Source: Felis catus (Eukaryota). Taken from it: a stretch of 64,000 bases of DNA. The notes under the pieces are model-generated. The model made no database searches and had not been told where the DNA came from. It worked only from the letters and a program-made list of their open reading frames with translations. Both the position numbers and the translations under genes were made by a program. Below are positions 1 through 12,638 of this stretch, one piece after another. Each line of letters starts with the position of its first letter. Position 1 is the first letter of the stretch. The DNA lies in the NCBI RefSeq assembly GCF_018350175.1, contig NC_058383.1, positions 14,944,001 to 15,008,000 on the forward strand, read 5' to 3'.

Positions 1-85
1 GCTCGATCTCACAAACCATGAGATCATGACCTGAGCCAAAATCAAGAGTCGGATGCTTAACTGACTGAGCCACCCAGACACCCCC
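1..85 (-). mobile_element. Can-SINE, 5' part (cut by window edge)
   Basis: Reverse complement of the tRNA-derived head ggggtgtctgggtggctcagtcagttaagc. Confidence 0.9.
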
Positions 86-404
86 AAAAGTTCTTTTTCA
101 AACGACATCTAATTTTCTGGAACATCCCTACTCTGACTCAGAGGGATGGCTGGCCCTGGTGAACACGTTTGTCCCAGAAAACCAAACAGGTCAAGGTAAG
201 GGCAACAATTTAAGGCAAACAATTTAAGGCAGACCCCAGTTTCCATCAACCGAAACTGGCAAGTTTTCTAACAGAGTCTTGTCTCATTGGATACTTGAGG
301 ATAATTGAACTTATTGCCATGGAAATTAAAACTCAAGTGGAAAACGAATACCCTCTACATATACGCATATGTGCGTGTGCACACACACATTGTGTATGTA
401 GATG

Positions 405-864
405 TAGTTTCCAAACATGCTCAAAATTACAGAGATGATAAAATGAATCCCCACATAGTCGTAATCCGGATTCAATCATTTTTAAGATTTGGCCACATTT
501 ACTTCATCTGTCCTTTTAACCTCTTTTTTGCGGAAACACTGCAAAACACATGTCGGGTATCGTGTCATTTCACCCCCACCTACATACTTCAGTGCACACC
601 TATTAAAAAAACAAACTTCTTCTTACATAACCGTATACTGTTATCACCCTAACAAAATAAACAAGAATTCCTCAGTATCAGCTAATTCCCATGCATAATT
701 CCATCTCCCTGATTGTCTCACGGGCATTATGTTATACGATCACGTCGGGATACAAACAAAACAAACCTGTCTTCTAGAACCAACCACCCTCTTCCCTGCT
801 GCCCCCTCTTTTCAAGGCGTTTTAATTTGTTACAGAAATTAGGTCAACTGTCCTGTAGTCCCAC
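405..864 (-). mobile_element. Ancient L1 3' fragment (L1MC-like), resumes about 1670-1758
   Basis: catttcacccc..tacttcag..cttacataacc..ttatcaccctaacaaaataaacaagaattcc resembles the L1MC 3' end. Confidence 0.65.
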
Positions 865-1660
865 TGCAAAATAATAAGAAATGCACACATTTGTCTGTGA
901 CCCCAGTTCCTGCTAAGATTGATCTTTGACCCTGTTCCTGACATAGACCTCCTAAATCCCACGGCATTTCCGGAGCGACAGGAGGATCTTTTGTTCTAAC
1001 GAGGCAATTCGGGGTGAGCTCCTGGATGGGGGCTGGCCCCCGGAAAGACCAAGCCATGATTACATGTTTGGAACTTACAGACCCACCCCTCATTCTCTGA
1101 GGAGGGGAGAGGAGCTGGAAATCGATCGTGCCTATGTGATGAAGCCTCCATAAAAATCCCCAAACTACAGGGCTTGGGAAGCTTCCATTAGTGAACATAC
1201 ACACATGCCAGGGTTGGGGGGGGGGCATACCTCAACTCCATAGGGACGAAAGCTTCTGCACTTGAGACCCTTTCTAGACTCCACTGTCTATGCCTCTTAA
1301 GCTGGCTGTTCGTCCGTATTCTTACCGTATCTTTTATCGTATAATCAGCTGGTAAATGTGTTTCCTGAGTTCTGTGAGCTGTTCTAGCAAATTACCGAAC
1401 CCAAGGAGGGGATCATGGGCACCTTGATTTGCAGCTGGTCAGGCAGAAGTACAAGGGACAACGTGAGACTTGCTGGCATCTCAAGTGAGGGCAGTCTTGT
1501 GGGACTGAGCCTTTAACCTGGCATCAGACACTAACTCCAGGAAGACAGTGTCAGAACCGAATCGAACTATAGGGCACTCGGGTGGTGTCGGAGAACTGGT
1601 CAACGTAGACACATGCATCTGGTGTCAGAAGTGTCATGGGTGTTTGGGGCCTGTAAAAGA
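865..1660 (+). mobile_element. MER21-family ERVL solo LTR
   Basis: Motifs gaaagaccaagccatgatta, ctccataaaaatcccc, ctgagttctgtgagctgttctagcaaatt, gggcagtcttgtgggactgagcc, catctggtgtcagaagtg. Confidence 0.8.
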
Positions 1661-1758
1661 CAGCAGCAAGCTTGTCCTGGTCACCCAAGAAGACTGTGTG
1701 ATGTTATTTAGCTAATCTCTCTGTCCCTCATTTTTCCTAAAAACAGAAGTTGGCCTTA

Positions 1759-1958
1759 GGGATGCCTGGGTGACTCAGTCGGTTGGGCATCCAACTCGAT
1801 TTGGCCTCAGGTCAGGATCTCACGGTTCGTGGGACTGAGCCCCGAGTCAGGCTGCACGTTGGCAGGGCAAAGCCTACTTGGGTTCGTCTCTCTCCCTCTC
1901 TCTCTCTGCCCCTCCCCTGCTTGTGGTCTCTCTCAAAAATAAAAATAAAGAAACTTTA
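1759..1958 (+). mobile_element. Can-SINE
   Basis: tRNA-like head, (CT)n, A-tail. Confidence 0.93.
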
Positions 1959-2039
1959 ATTCTTCGGAAAATTGAAAAAAGTACAATACAAAATAAAAAA
2001 ATATGCTGGTCTAGAATGAGACATGTATCACCAGATAAA

Positions 2040-2660
2040 TATAAGAGAATGTGATGTGTTCTAATACTGCTATAAAAATACAGATGAGTGTATGATTAAT
2101 CTCGGTGACAAGGTCAATATGAGTCGGGCTTTGAACAATAACTGAAACGCAGGATTGAGGTAAAGAAGGAAAATACTTTCTAGACAGGGAGACCAGCTCC
2201 TGCAAAGGCAGGGCGATGCGACAAAGGTACAGACAAGAGCTCTAGATTTTGTGTGGCCGGAAGAGAGAACGCATTTGCAAAGTAGCAGAGAAAGGCTGGG
2301 TGGGGCCGGGTGGGGAAGGCACTGAACCTCACGACAAGGAGTCTAGACATTAGCATTGGCTGCAGGGAACCTTCAAGGTTGCTAAGCAAGAGTAATACGG
2401 TCAGAGCTATGTCTTAAGAAGAAAACTCGAGGAAAAGGGGGCGGATGAATAAACAGAGGGAGAAAGAAAAAAGATGAGTTTGAAGCCTCCTATCATCCAC
2501 ATGAAAAACAATGAACCCGAGCGGTATCCCTGAATTTGCCAGTTAGACAAAAGGAGGCAGAAATTAAATCCAGATGCGTTTCGAGGGTGAAACATACAGG
2601 TCTTGGTGGCAGGAAATGTGAGAAGTGAGGCAGGAGGACAGAGGAGGACTCTGAGGGGTG
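2040..2660 (-). mobile_element. L2 fragment
   Basis: Degenerate purine-rich antisense L2 pattern. Confidence 0.5.
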
Positions 2661-3299
2661 TGGCCGTAAACAGGAAGTAGTTGAAATGCAACCGCATTTA
2701 CTAACTTGCCAACTCAGAGTGCAAATCGATTAAGAATTAATATCAAGCGTATTTGCAAATAGGCAAGTCAGAACAAACACCTCTGCAAAATAAACTCCTC
2801 AGGATTTCTATTTTGAAAATACATGCAGGGCAACTAACGCTTACAGCCTATTTTTAAATTTTAATGTTCCAGCCGTAGTAAATTATGAATGTCCAGTCTG
2901 CCAGGATGCCATCCCCAGAGTCGAAGAAGATTCCCAAATTTGAGGGATAGGTTGCCTAGCAACCAGAGTCCCCTGGAGCCGAGAAACACTGACATATTTT
3001 CCCCCAGTGAAGACTTTCACAAGATCTAAAACAGGAGCAGAGGGAAATGATCATTAAAAACTGACCTTATGACTCCGGTTCAGTTAAAGAAAACTGAATT
3101 TGCTCAACCAGCAGGGGGCATCCCATCTTTTCTAAGGAACCTTTCTAAAATCCTCAGGGCGTGTGAGTACCCATTTCCCATCCCTGGCTAATCCCAACAG
3201 GTGATCATCTCTTCTCAGTGGTACAACCCCAGAGGCCCGGCAGTCAGTTTTCCTATGGTCTTCCCCAAACAGACAGACCTGTGTCTTGCTGAAGACACA

Positions 3300-3540
3300 G
3301 GTTCTGGGTACTGATTTGAATCCTGGCTCTGCCCCTTACTATCTGTATGGCCAATTGAGTAATTCTTCAATGTCTCTGTGCCTCAATTTCCTCCTCTGTA
3401 AAATGGAGAGAGTAATAGAACCTTTCCTCATAGTGTTGAGAGCATTTAAGTAAGTTAATATATTTAAAGGACTGGACACATGATTCTGGCACACAGTGAG
3501 CACTCAATAACCCTTGGCTAGGATTAGTATTGCTTATTAC
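3300..3540 (+). mobile_element. MIR
   Basis: tttgaatcctggctctgcc, ctctgtgcctcaatttcctcctctgtaaaatgg, tggcacacagtgagcactcaataa. Confidence 0.88.
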
Positions 3541-4053
3541 AGGTGTCTTCTACTATAAACGGAGAGAGAAACACATTGCATTGGTTATACAAATACGGGA
3601 TGATATTCTGGCTCTCTCTCCACTGCCTCCTACCCGTCCATTCCACTTTGTAGTAAAATATTCCTCCAGAGTCCCAAAGAAAATGCAGGAATTGTCTGAG
3701 AGTTCTATAGCTGGCAGGAGGATAAGGCAGCCAGGAGGAAACACCCAAGGCATCTGTGCATGGATGTGAGAATTTGCAGCCTGTAGGTAACGAGGTCACC
3801 GGAGTCAAAGCAGAGAGCCTCCTCTCCCGCAAAATGCATACCAACACGTAAAAAGAGGGAACGTTTGCTGGAAATGCTGAAGACTGCCTTAAGAGGAAAG
3901 GAAAAGAAGAAAGGAAGATGGGTTGTGACAACTAAGCAGGTGGGGCAACAGCAGGGAATTTTCAGGATTGCTCAGGAAGTTTTCCTGGAAAGACCCCCAG
4001 ATGAGCAGAGGAGGGCACAGAACTCACCCTCTCAAGACCCATAAGCCCAGTTC

Positions 4054-4461
4054 TGGTATACAGAACGTGCCCTCCAAGGATGCCCATGTCCTGTGAATAC
4101 GTCACCTGCCATGGCAAGGACTTTGCAGGTGTACTTCAGGACCTTGGATTCTCCTGGGTTATCTGGGTGGGTCCAATGTAATCACAAGGGTCCTTCCTAA
4201 GAGGAAGGCCAGGACGGTCAGAGGAGGATTGCATGACACGGAAACAGAGTCAGACTGATGCAGGGCGGTGAGCCAAGGACCCCGGGGTGCTTCCAGAAGC
4301 TGGAAAAGGCAAGGAACAGATTCTCCACTAGCACCCGCAGAAGGAGCACAGCCCTGCTGACCCACCTCAGACCTTTTAGAACTACAAGATAATAAAAATG
4401 TGAGGTTTTAAACCACTGTACTTGTGGTCATTGTTATAGCAGCAATAGGAAAGGAATACAC
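4054..4461 (+). mobile_element. MLT1 (MLT1C/D-like) MaLR solo LTR
   Basis: aatgtaatcacaagggtcctt, agaagctggaaaaggcaaggaacagattctcc, ttgttatagcagcaataggaaa..aataca. Confidence 0.85.
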
Positions 4462-5207
4462 AGTGGAAAAGAGGAGGAGCTTAGCTGCAAAGTCCACGTG
4501 CACCCCCAGAATATGCAAGAAGGCAGAGCAGAAGCTTGCAAACCAAAGAAATTCAAGTACCATCTGCTAAAAAGTGACGGGCGGGGACGGTGTTCAGAAG
4601 ATGAAATAGAACCAACTGAAGCCTGACAGAATTTGGCAAAAGGATGTGATTGTTTTCGTCAATTAGGAATTGTAAGAGGGTATTATTATTACTTATTGTT
4701 ATTATTACCACTGCTCCTACTAAAACTAGTGTTACTGTTCTGCTTTCTGTGTGGGAGGTGCGAATTGTAAGGCTCTGAAATGGACGAAAAGGATTCCCAG
4801 GTGTCTGGTCTGACACATTTTTCCAGGTTTTCAGTGTTCCGTCAACTTTGAGCTATTATACAATCTGTAATTTGCAGGAAACCAATAATAACGCAAGAGA
4901 TTCTCGTCCACAGAAGTACAGATTAGCAGTACCCTGTAGAATGTGATCACGGCCCAGGGGGTGGATCCTTTTTGCCTCCATTTATAAATCCCCATCAGCA
5001 TTCCTCATTTGCCTGTATATGTGTGGTTCTTGGATTTTTCCTTGGAACAAGTTGTATCGTCTTACTGGCTCCCTCGATGGAGGACTCAAAATCTTTGACA
5101 CGTGTTCATTTGATATGCATATGAGATTCATGATTTCACGTTTTCAAAAATTTATCCTGTAATATTTTATGAGACTAGAAGTGTGGCATAGCTAATAAAA
5201 CCCAAAG

Positions 5208-5208
<1 letters not shown>

Positions 5209-5238
<30 letters not shown>
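5209..5238. repeat. (TG)15 microsatellite
   Basis: Direct read. Confidence 0.98.
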
Positions 5239-5241
<3 letters not shown>

Positions 5242-6464
5242 CTCCATTCCACCTTCCTAGGAGCTGACTTTGTGACACCAAATAGTAATGTCACAGAACC
5301 AGGTGCCACGAGAGCCAACACTGTGCCAAAGAATGGGGTCGACACTGGGCTCTCCCTGGGCAGAGGACTTTGTACGGTATGATTAACTGCTGCTTCCCAG
5401 ACAATAATGGACCAAAGGCTGACTACAGGAATCGGGCTGGGGGGTAAGAAATGAGGTCCCACGGCTGAAAGCATCAATCCCCAGGATGCTGCATCTTTGC
5501 CCCCCCCCCCCACCACACACAGACAATGCTCCCCTATCCTGGTCTAGGAGGGGCAACTAAATATTCTTTCCACCAAGACTCTCCTTGCCTCCAGGATGGG
5601 GACGACATTTTTTAAAAAGAAAGACGAAGAAAGGAATCAGGAAGAGCAAATAACGTGATCCTCAAATCCTGTTACGTATGATCAGGACTAAAAGTAAGAA
5701 AATTTTAACTCCCCCAAGTGTTCAGGTTAAAAACATAAATTAGCTGCAGAAATGGTGTGAACCTAGTCACGGATGAGCATCATCGTGGATCATCATTATA
5801 GGACACTGGCAGGCTGATTAGTGCCCCAACCTTTGGAGTCGATGTTACTATCTCTGCCGTGTGTCCAAAATTCCAAACATTCATAATATTATGGGAATAA
5901 TGGACATTTTGGCTTTACTCCTACGTTATGGGTGATGATTTTCTTTCTCTGTCAGCTAAACCTTTGGTTCCTGGTTTCAAATGGTATTTTATTACATTAG
6001 AGTTACAAAGCCTCAGTTGGGAATAAGTATTGGACTATATTAAATCATTCCACTATGGTTTGAGGTTCCTCTTCTTCTGTTTCTAAGACGATTAATAAGA
6101 TGTCCTACGTCAATGAATTAGTTTACTCTGAGTTACACTTGCATTCCTAAAACAAGCCTTCCCCATCTTGGGATGCAAGATTTTGAATCCCAATATCCCA
6201 GAATCCCAGGTTTTGAACGCATATAGCCACATTCTGTCCACTAATCAGTTCTTTTGGACTTTTGTGCCTATATCAGTATTTTCTAAACTGTTTGGCAAGA
6301 TGTTACTAAATGTGCAATGATTTCTTAGAAGCTTAGAAGGGCTTATTCTCCCAACTTGAGAAATGGTGGGTTGAAACAATATTAGCAGGTCTCCACCGCA
6401 CGAATACGCAGCCGCAGAAGAGGCTGGCGCGCACCTTGAATCTCAAGGACAGGGAGAGAATGTG

Positions 6465-6567
6465 CCGCATTTCCCAAACTTATTTGACGGTGGAAATTTT
6501 TCCCAGCACATCTATTTACATTTCCCAGAACAGCGCTCTGCGGAACACCAGTTTTGAAAATGCTGGT
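6465..6567. mobile_element. Probable hAT-Charlie-type MITE remnant
   Basis: Imperfect terminal inverted repeats gcatttcccaaact...agttttgaaaatgc. Confidence 0.45.
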
Positions 6568-6690
6568 TAATTAAAGAGCAAAGCTTGTTTATTTTGTCTG
6601 TTTCTAAGATAACTTTCATTGAGGTTTGAATTCTGGATCATGATTACCTAACAGAATAAATTCGGTAAATTTGTCCATGTTTCAGAGGGC

Positions 6691-6915
6691 TTTTTTTTTT
6701 TAATTTTTTTTTCAACGTTTATTTATTTTTGGGACAGAGAGAGACAGAGCATGAACGGGGGAGGGGCAGAGAGAGAGGGAGACACAGAATCGGAAACAGG
6801 CTCCAGGCTCTGAGCCATCAGCCCAGAGCCTGACGCGGGGCTCGAACTCACGGACCGCGAGATCGTGACCTGGCTGAAGTCGGACGCTTAACCGACTGCG
6901 CCACCCAGGCGCCCC
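6691..6915 (-). mobile_element. Young feline SINE (SINEC_Fc-like)
   Basis: Near-consensus, CpGs intact, perfect TSD tcagagggctttt (6682-6694 / 6916-6928). Confidence 0.97.
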
Positions 6916-7080
6916 TCAGAGGGCTTTTTAAATACAGGACTCATCTATACCTTGAAAATTTGAAGGAATTCACTGTGATACTCTCAGCTATTTCATGGAA
7001 AGAGGAGCATTTTGATAAATTGCATAAACTCTTACTTGGCTCTGAGTTACCCTGCCCTAGTCAATTAAAAAAAAAAAATT

Positions 7081-7745
7081 GTATCCTGGATACTACCCTC
7101 TTATCAGATGTGTGATTGGCAAATGTTTTCTCCCTCCTGGGGTGTCTTAAAGAACTCATATAACTCAACAACGAGACAGAAGCACAATTTAACAATGGCT
7201 AAAGGATTACACAGATATTTCTCTAAAACAATATACAGAGATGCCCAAAAGCACATGAAAGGATACCCAATGCCATGAGTCCAGGAAATGCAAATCAAGA
7301 CCACCATGAGACACATCCATTAGAATGGTCACTATAAAAACAAGCCAACAGGGGAACCTGGGTGGCTCAGTCAGTTAAGCATCCGGCTTCCCATCAGGTC
7401 ATAATCTCATGGTCGGGTCTGTGGATTTGAGCCCCTCGTCGTGCTCATAGCTTGGAGCCTGGAGCCTGCTTCTGATTCTGTGTCTCCCTCACTTTCTGCT
7501 CCTCCCCCACTCATGCTCTGTCTCTGTCTCTCAAAAATAAATACGTGCTAAAAAAAAAATTTAAAAGCAAACAAACAATAAAGTGTTGGTGAGACTGTAA
7601 AGAAATTGGAACTAGGTAGGATGACAAACTGTAACTAGATTTCCGGTGGTGATCATTTCGTAATGTATACAAATATTGAATTATCACCTTAAACACTTGA
7701 AACTAATATAACAGTGTAGGTCAATTATACCCTCAATATAAAAAT
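7081..7745 (+). mobile_element. 5'-inverted, internally deleted L1, interrupted by a SINE
   Basis: 7081-7142 antisense ORF2 piece; 7148-7350 and 7564-7612 sense ORF2; 7613-7745 3' UTR end. Confidence 0.75.
7351..7563 (+). mobile_element. Can-SINE inside L1
   Basis: Head, CT region, A-tail. Confidence 0.93.
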
Positions 7746-7865
7746 GAACACGAAAAGATGTTCACTCAAAAAGAAAAAAATTGGGGGGGGCGATTAAATA
7801 AAATTGTGTTCCTTTTCTTAAAGATTAAAATCTGATTAGCATTCAGTTATATGTTCTGGTGTTTA

Positions 7866-7931
7866 TTTTGTGTGTGTGTGTGTGCAATTTATTGTCAGAT
7901 TGGTTTCCATACAACACCCAGTGCTCATCCC
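7866..7931 (-). mobile_element. Very short feline L1 3' end
   Basis: Reverse complement gggatgagcactgggtgttgtatggaaaccaatctgacaataaatt; TSD tatgttct(gg/ca)tgttta. Confidence 0.8.
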
Positions 7932-7984
7932 TATGTTCTCATGTTTAAATATGCTTCATGGCTACTGTCATATATGCATTCTAA

Positions 7985-8191
7985 TTTTTTTCTTTCTTCT
8001 TTTTTTTTTTTAGAGAGACAGAGCGCACACGTGGGAGAGGGGCAGAGGGAGAGGGAAAGAGAGAATCTCTAGCAGACTCCATGCTACAGGAGTGGAACCC
8101 GACACAGGGCTCGATCTCACAACTGTGAGATCGTGACCTGAGCCAAAATCGAGATTCAGACGCTTAACCGACTGAGCCACCCAGGCATCCC
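7985..8191 (-). mobile_element. Can-SINE
   Basis: Head at 8191, T-tail, degenerate TSD. Confidence 0.93.
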
Positions 8192-8651
8192 TACACATTC
8201 TCATTTCGAATTTTGTACTATCTTTTGCATTCCTTCACCGAACAAAGAATTCGAAGTACCTGTTGCAGAGCAGAAACCAGGCATAAAAAAATGGCTAAGT
8301 TATCACTTTGGGGAAACTCGTGGTCTAGTGTGAGAGACAGAAGCAGAGACAAAAAAAAATGCAATCCCTCATAATAAGGGATGTAATAAAGGCATTCAAA
8401 CGGGGATGGTAAAGACAGTAATAATGTGATTAACAGCCTGGAGGAATTGGTGCCACCATCAAAGCCTTCGGGTCCTAAAAAACCAATAGAGAACCACATA
8501 GCAATTTAGGAGAGGCTGCAAATCACGCCAGGGAAGGGAGGAAAATGGCAAAAGGGAATATAGAAAGAAAGGAGGGAGTCTACAGGGCAAGGGGCAGAGG
8601 ACAGCAAGGGAATGAGGCTTGTTAGGTAACTTTGAGCCCCAAGCGTGAGCC

Positions 8652-9095
8652 TGTATGGGTTTCCTACTGCTGCTGTAACAAATCAACACAAGCGAAATGG
8701 CTCTAAACCATCACAGATTTATTGTCTGATGGTTCTGGAGGCTGAAAGACTGACATGGGTTTCAGTGGGCTGAAATCAAGGTGCCAGCCCACGGTGCTCC
8801 CATCAGAGGCTCTAGGGCAGAACGTTTCTTACCTTCTCCAGCTTCTAGACCCCACCTGGATCCCTCGGCTTATGGCCCCTTCGGCCACCTTCAAGGCCAA
8901 CAACACCGCATCTTCTTTCCTGTCGGACCTCCAACCCTCTGCTTTCGTTTCCAGATTTCCCTCTCTACCTGTGACCCTCCCACCTCCCTCTTGACAGAAG
9001 CCTTGTGATCACATTGCGAGCAACATCTTCACAGGTCCTGGGGATTCGAATCATGGAAATCTTTGGGGGGCAGAGGGTATTAGTCTCTGAACCAC
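8652..9095 (-). mobile_element. MLT1 MaLR solo LTR inserted in an L2 remnant
   Basis: tgtatgggtttcctactgctgctgtaacaaat, ttctggaggctgaaag, ttcacaggtcctggggatt. Confidence 0.85.
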
Positions 9096-9299
9096 CAGGC
9101 CCTCATGTGACTTGTCTTGAGTCTGGGTTTCATACTGCAGTCAATAAGGGGCCAGGGAAACCCAATAAGGGTTTAAGCAGGAAAGTGACACAACCAGATC
9201 ACGACAAAGAACTCTGGCAGCAGAGTGAAAGACGGCCTGGAGCAGGGGCAGACTGGGGGTATGAAGAGCTGTTAAGATCTAATACCAAGGCAAAGCAGA

Positions 9300-9618
9300 G
9301 GGGAGGAAGGCGGGGGAACGGGCAAATGGGCAAACTAAGTGAAAGAGAGAGGGAGGCACGGGCTTCCAGTTATGGAACGGATAAGTCATGGGGATAAAAG
9401 GCGCAGCATGGGAACCCAAGTCAGTGGCACGGTACTAGTGTCGTATGGGGACAGATGGCAGCTGCATGGCGGTGAGCACAGCAGGACGGACGTACAGACC
9501 CATCGAATCACTGTGTTGCACACCTGAAACTAATGTAACACTGCGTGTCAACTGTATGTCAATTAAATCGATGAAGTTTAAAAGCTAAAAGGAAATAAAA
9601 TACAACAACAACAAAAAA
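9300..9618 (+). mobile_element. Carnivore L1 3' end
   Basis: gaatcactgtgttgcacacctgaaactaatgtaacactg plus A-rich tail; TSD aatac(c/t)aaggc(a/c)aagcag. Confidence 0.82.
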
Positions 9619-9789
9619 ATACTAAGGCCAAGCAGTAATGGCGGGGATAGGGAGCAGCGTCCAATTACTGAAACAAGTAGGACTTGGGGACTGATTTGAT
9701 GAAGGGGGGCAAGACCAAAACTCACCCAAGTGGAACAGGTTTGGCGAAGGGGTTCTCCTAACTGGTCTCTGACCCTCTGTTCCTCCCTG

Positions 9790-10400
9790 CCATTGTGCTC
9801 TCCATAACTCCCCCTCCCTTTTCTGCGGTCCCACGTGGGTTCGGTTCACATCAACTACTCCGTCTAACACACAGGGTACTTCCTGGTCTGGCCTCCTCCC
9901 ATGTCTCCAGCTGCACTGGAAAACATTAGGCCGATTGCAGGATGCTAGTTACAAAGGTCACACACTGAATGACTGCCCCTCAGTCCATCCCAACCCTCAA
10001 CCTCAGCAAGTCAAATCACTTGACACTTCCTGTCATGCAATGTGGCACATCATCGGGTGGCCTCGCGCACCAGTTCAGACTGCTGCCACTGCCTGGACCG
10101 TCTGTCCCAACTGTGACTGCACACACATGCTCCTCCTTGGGGGCTTTGTTTCTCTGTGCATTTCTCTGTGACTCTTCGAGGAGAACAACCACTGCCTTCT
10201 CCATATCAGTGAACTAGGCATGGGCTTCAATTATTTAGACTTGGACACACACTTAGATCCATAATTCTCCCACCGCTAGAGAACAAGCATTCTGAAATCG
10301 AGAACAATATCTTCCTCGTCATCCTATTCTTGGTGGCTAACACAGCCTCTTATATTTTATAGCCTCTAAGTAAATGTTCGGTGTCAATGAAGAAAGACAA
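9790..10400 (+). mobile_element. L2 fragment
   Basis: Pyrimidine-rich L2 3' pattern ending taaatgtt..aatgaa. Confidence 0.5.
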
Positions 10401-10444
10401 ATAATAAAATAGAGTCATTATGAGTTGTAAGATGTCATATTTAA

Positions 10445-10885
10445 TCCATCAACCGATGAACGGATCACCAAAATATGATATATCCATAGAATGGAATATT
10501 ACCTAACCATGAAAAGGAATTAACTCTTAGTACAAGCTACAAGGTGGATGAATCTTGAAAACATTAGGCCGATTGCAAGATGCCAGTTACAAAGGTCACA
10601 TACTGAACGATTCCATTCCTATGAAATGTCCCTAATGAGCAAATCTATAGAGGCAGGAAGTAGGCTAGCTGCTTAGGGCCCGGGGAAGGGGCCACAAGGA
10701 GTGTGTTAGGTGGCTAAGGCTAAAGGGTAGGGGGTTTCTTTATGGGGCGATAAAGATGTTTTCAAATTGATCATGCTGATGGATGTACAACTACGTGAAT
10801 ATGCTAAAAGCCAGACATTGGACACTTTAAGTGGGTAAGACGGTACATGAGTTCTATCTCAGTAAAACTGAGTTACCAAAAGAAA
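10445..10885 (+). mobile_element. L1MB-like 3' fragment
   Basis: atccatagaatggaatatt, ggatgaatcttgaaaacatta, ttccattcctatgaaatgtcc, cactttaagtgggt. Confidence 0.82.
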
Positions 10886-11039
10886 AGATGTCATTTGGAA
10901 CCAACTAGGACTCACTAATGAGAAAGAAAGGATCAGAGAGACCCTGGGAAACAGGCCTAAATGGTGGTAAATAGTCATCCAGGTGGGCAGTGAGGAACAG
11001 GGAAGTGAACGAGAGTTAGCAAACATTAAACTCGTCACT

Positions 11040-11245
11040 CTGTGGCATTTACTATGTTAGGCACCTCACTTGCATTTCCTCCTTTATTCCTAAGAGTTAG
11101 AGATGTTTATTCCTATTTGGAGATGACAAAACACGGGCAAAGACAATCCCAGCCACATGCCCAGAGGCTCACAGTGAACCGGGGATGGAGGCAAGGATTT
11201 GCACCCGAGCCGACTTTCTCCAAAATCCACACTCTTGACCACGCT
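11040..11245 (-). mobile_element. MIR
   Basis: Antisense MIR core (agatgacaaaac, ggatttgcaccc). Confidence 0.6.
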
Positions 11246-12014
11246 GCTTTGTTTATAGGCTTGTGGGTGTGTTGGACCTCTTCATTCTCATTTTTTGCAA
11301 GGGAGGATAATCTTTTTAAATTCCTTAGTTGGATGAATTACTTCTTTTCTTGACTAATGAAGCCACTTAAATCTACGAAGTACCTCTGCGTGATGTTTCA
11401 GTGAACTTTGGCCACCTGTCATTTGTACCGAACTCATTTTTTTTTTCTTGTCTGAATCATCTGTTTTTCTCTATTTGATGTCCCTTTTGCTGGTTTTTCA
11501 TTATTGAATGGGAGGCTTGCTTCTTTAGACTTCTGTTACATTATTCCCAGAGAACGTGGCCTGTACAGTTTCCGCACGGAGGGATTGAATACATTTTCTT
11601 TTTCCTCTAGTACATTATCAAGTTTTGTAAAAACCCCAGAGACTCTAGAAAGGAAGGTTCCTTCCCTCTTTACACAGGAGGTACCTAATGCTCCCCTTGA
11701 TACGGTAAATATATTTTATTGCTTCGGGACTTCCAAAAAAGAAAATTCTAATTTCTTCTTAAGTTGTTTTAAAAATAGCACTGGCCTTCTCAGCAATACA
11801 TTCTTAAGGCGAGCAACATACTTGGAAATTAAAAGAGGTAGAACATGTCTGAGTAATTCAAAAGACCAGGAAGCCAGCCGTTGGTAATCAGATATTTCAA
11901 TATTTTCAAGGCTTTTGACTTCAGCGCGATGAATGGCCATAAAAAGATAGAAACCTTCTTGTAAAAGACTTGGCTTCCTCTGCTTTTACATAATCAAGTT
12001 GACATTTGAATTTT

Positions 12015-12638
12015 GGCAAAGGATCGCAGATACCTTGCTTTATTTATTACCTGAGATTAGATAAAAACATCACTGTTATCAAACCGCACCAGGCTTTTTC
12101 CTAAAATAAGGTGCAATTTTTCAAGCAAGGATCACTTTGTGCTGACATCAAAGTCTACAGGACAGGATTCCCAAGCATGTCATACACAGAAACCGTTCTC
12201 CGTCCTCCCCTCCTTCCCCTCTCCTCTCTCTTCCCCGCCTTGCTACACACCCCTCCCCTTAAAATAACCCACCCCCACCAATTCCTTCCTCCACCAACTG
12301 CTACATTTATAACATGGCACCAACCTAAAAAAAGAACAAGGAAGTACCAAAAAAAAAAAAAAAAACGCATCGAAGTTGTGCCAGCGAGGACCGAAGGGTC
12401 CTCGGGCACCAGATCTGTCATTCTACATCCTGTACGGTCACTACTGGGGGCAGACAGCTGTCCTGTGACCCCACGCTTGCTTCTCGTCGGGTGGGGCAGA
12501 CTTTTGTCACCAGGAACAGGCCAGGAGGTCCTGCAGCCAGAGAAGAGTGTCCAGGTCATCAAGCCCTCGCCAATCCCTCCGGCGATCTTTACGCTCTCAA
12601 AGGCACCCCTCTGGAAGGAAGAGTCTGTCCGGAACCAT
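12015..12638 (-). other. Candidate 3'-terminal exon of an unidentified transcript
   Basis: Strong acceptor cctctactccttattcttcag|ATGG at 12638, no recognisable interspersed repeat in the body, tandem AATAAA at 12039-12048. Confidence 0.3.
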
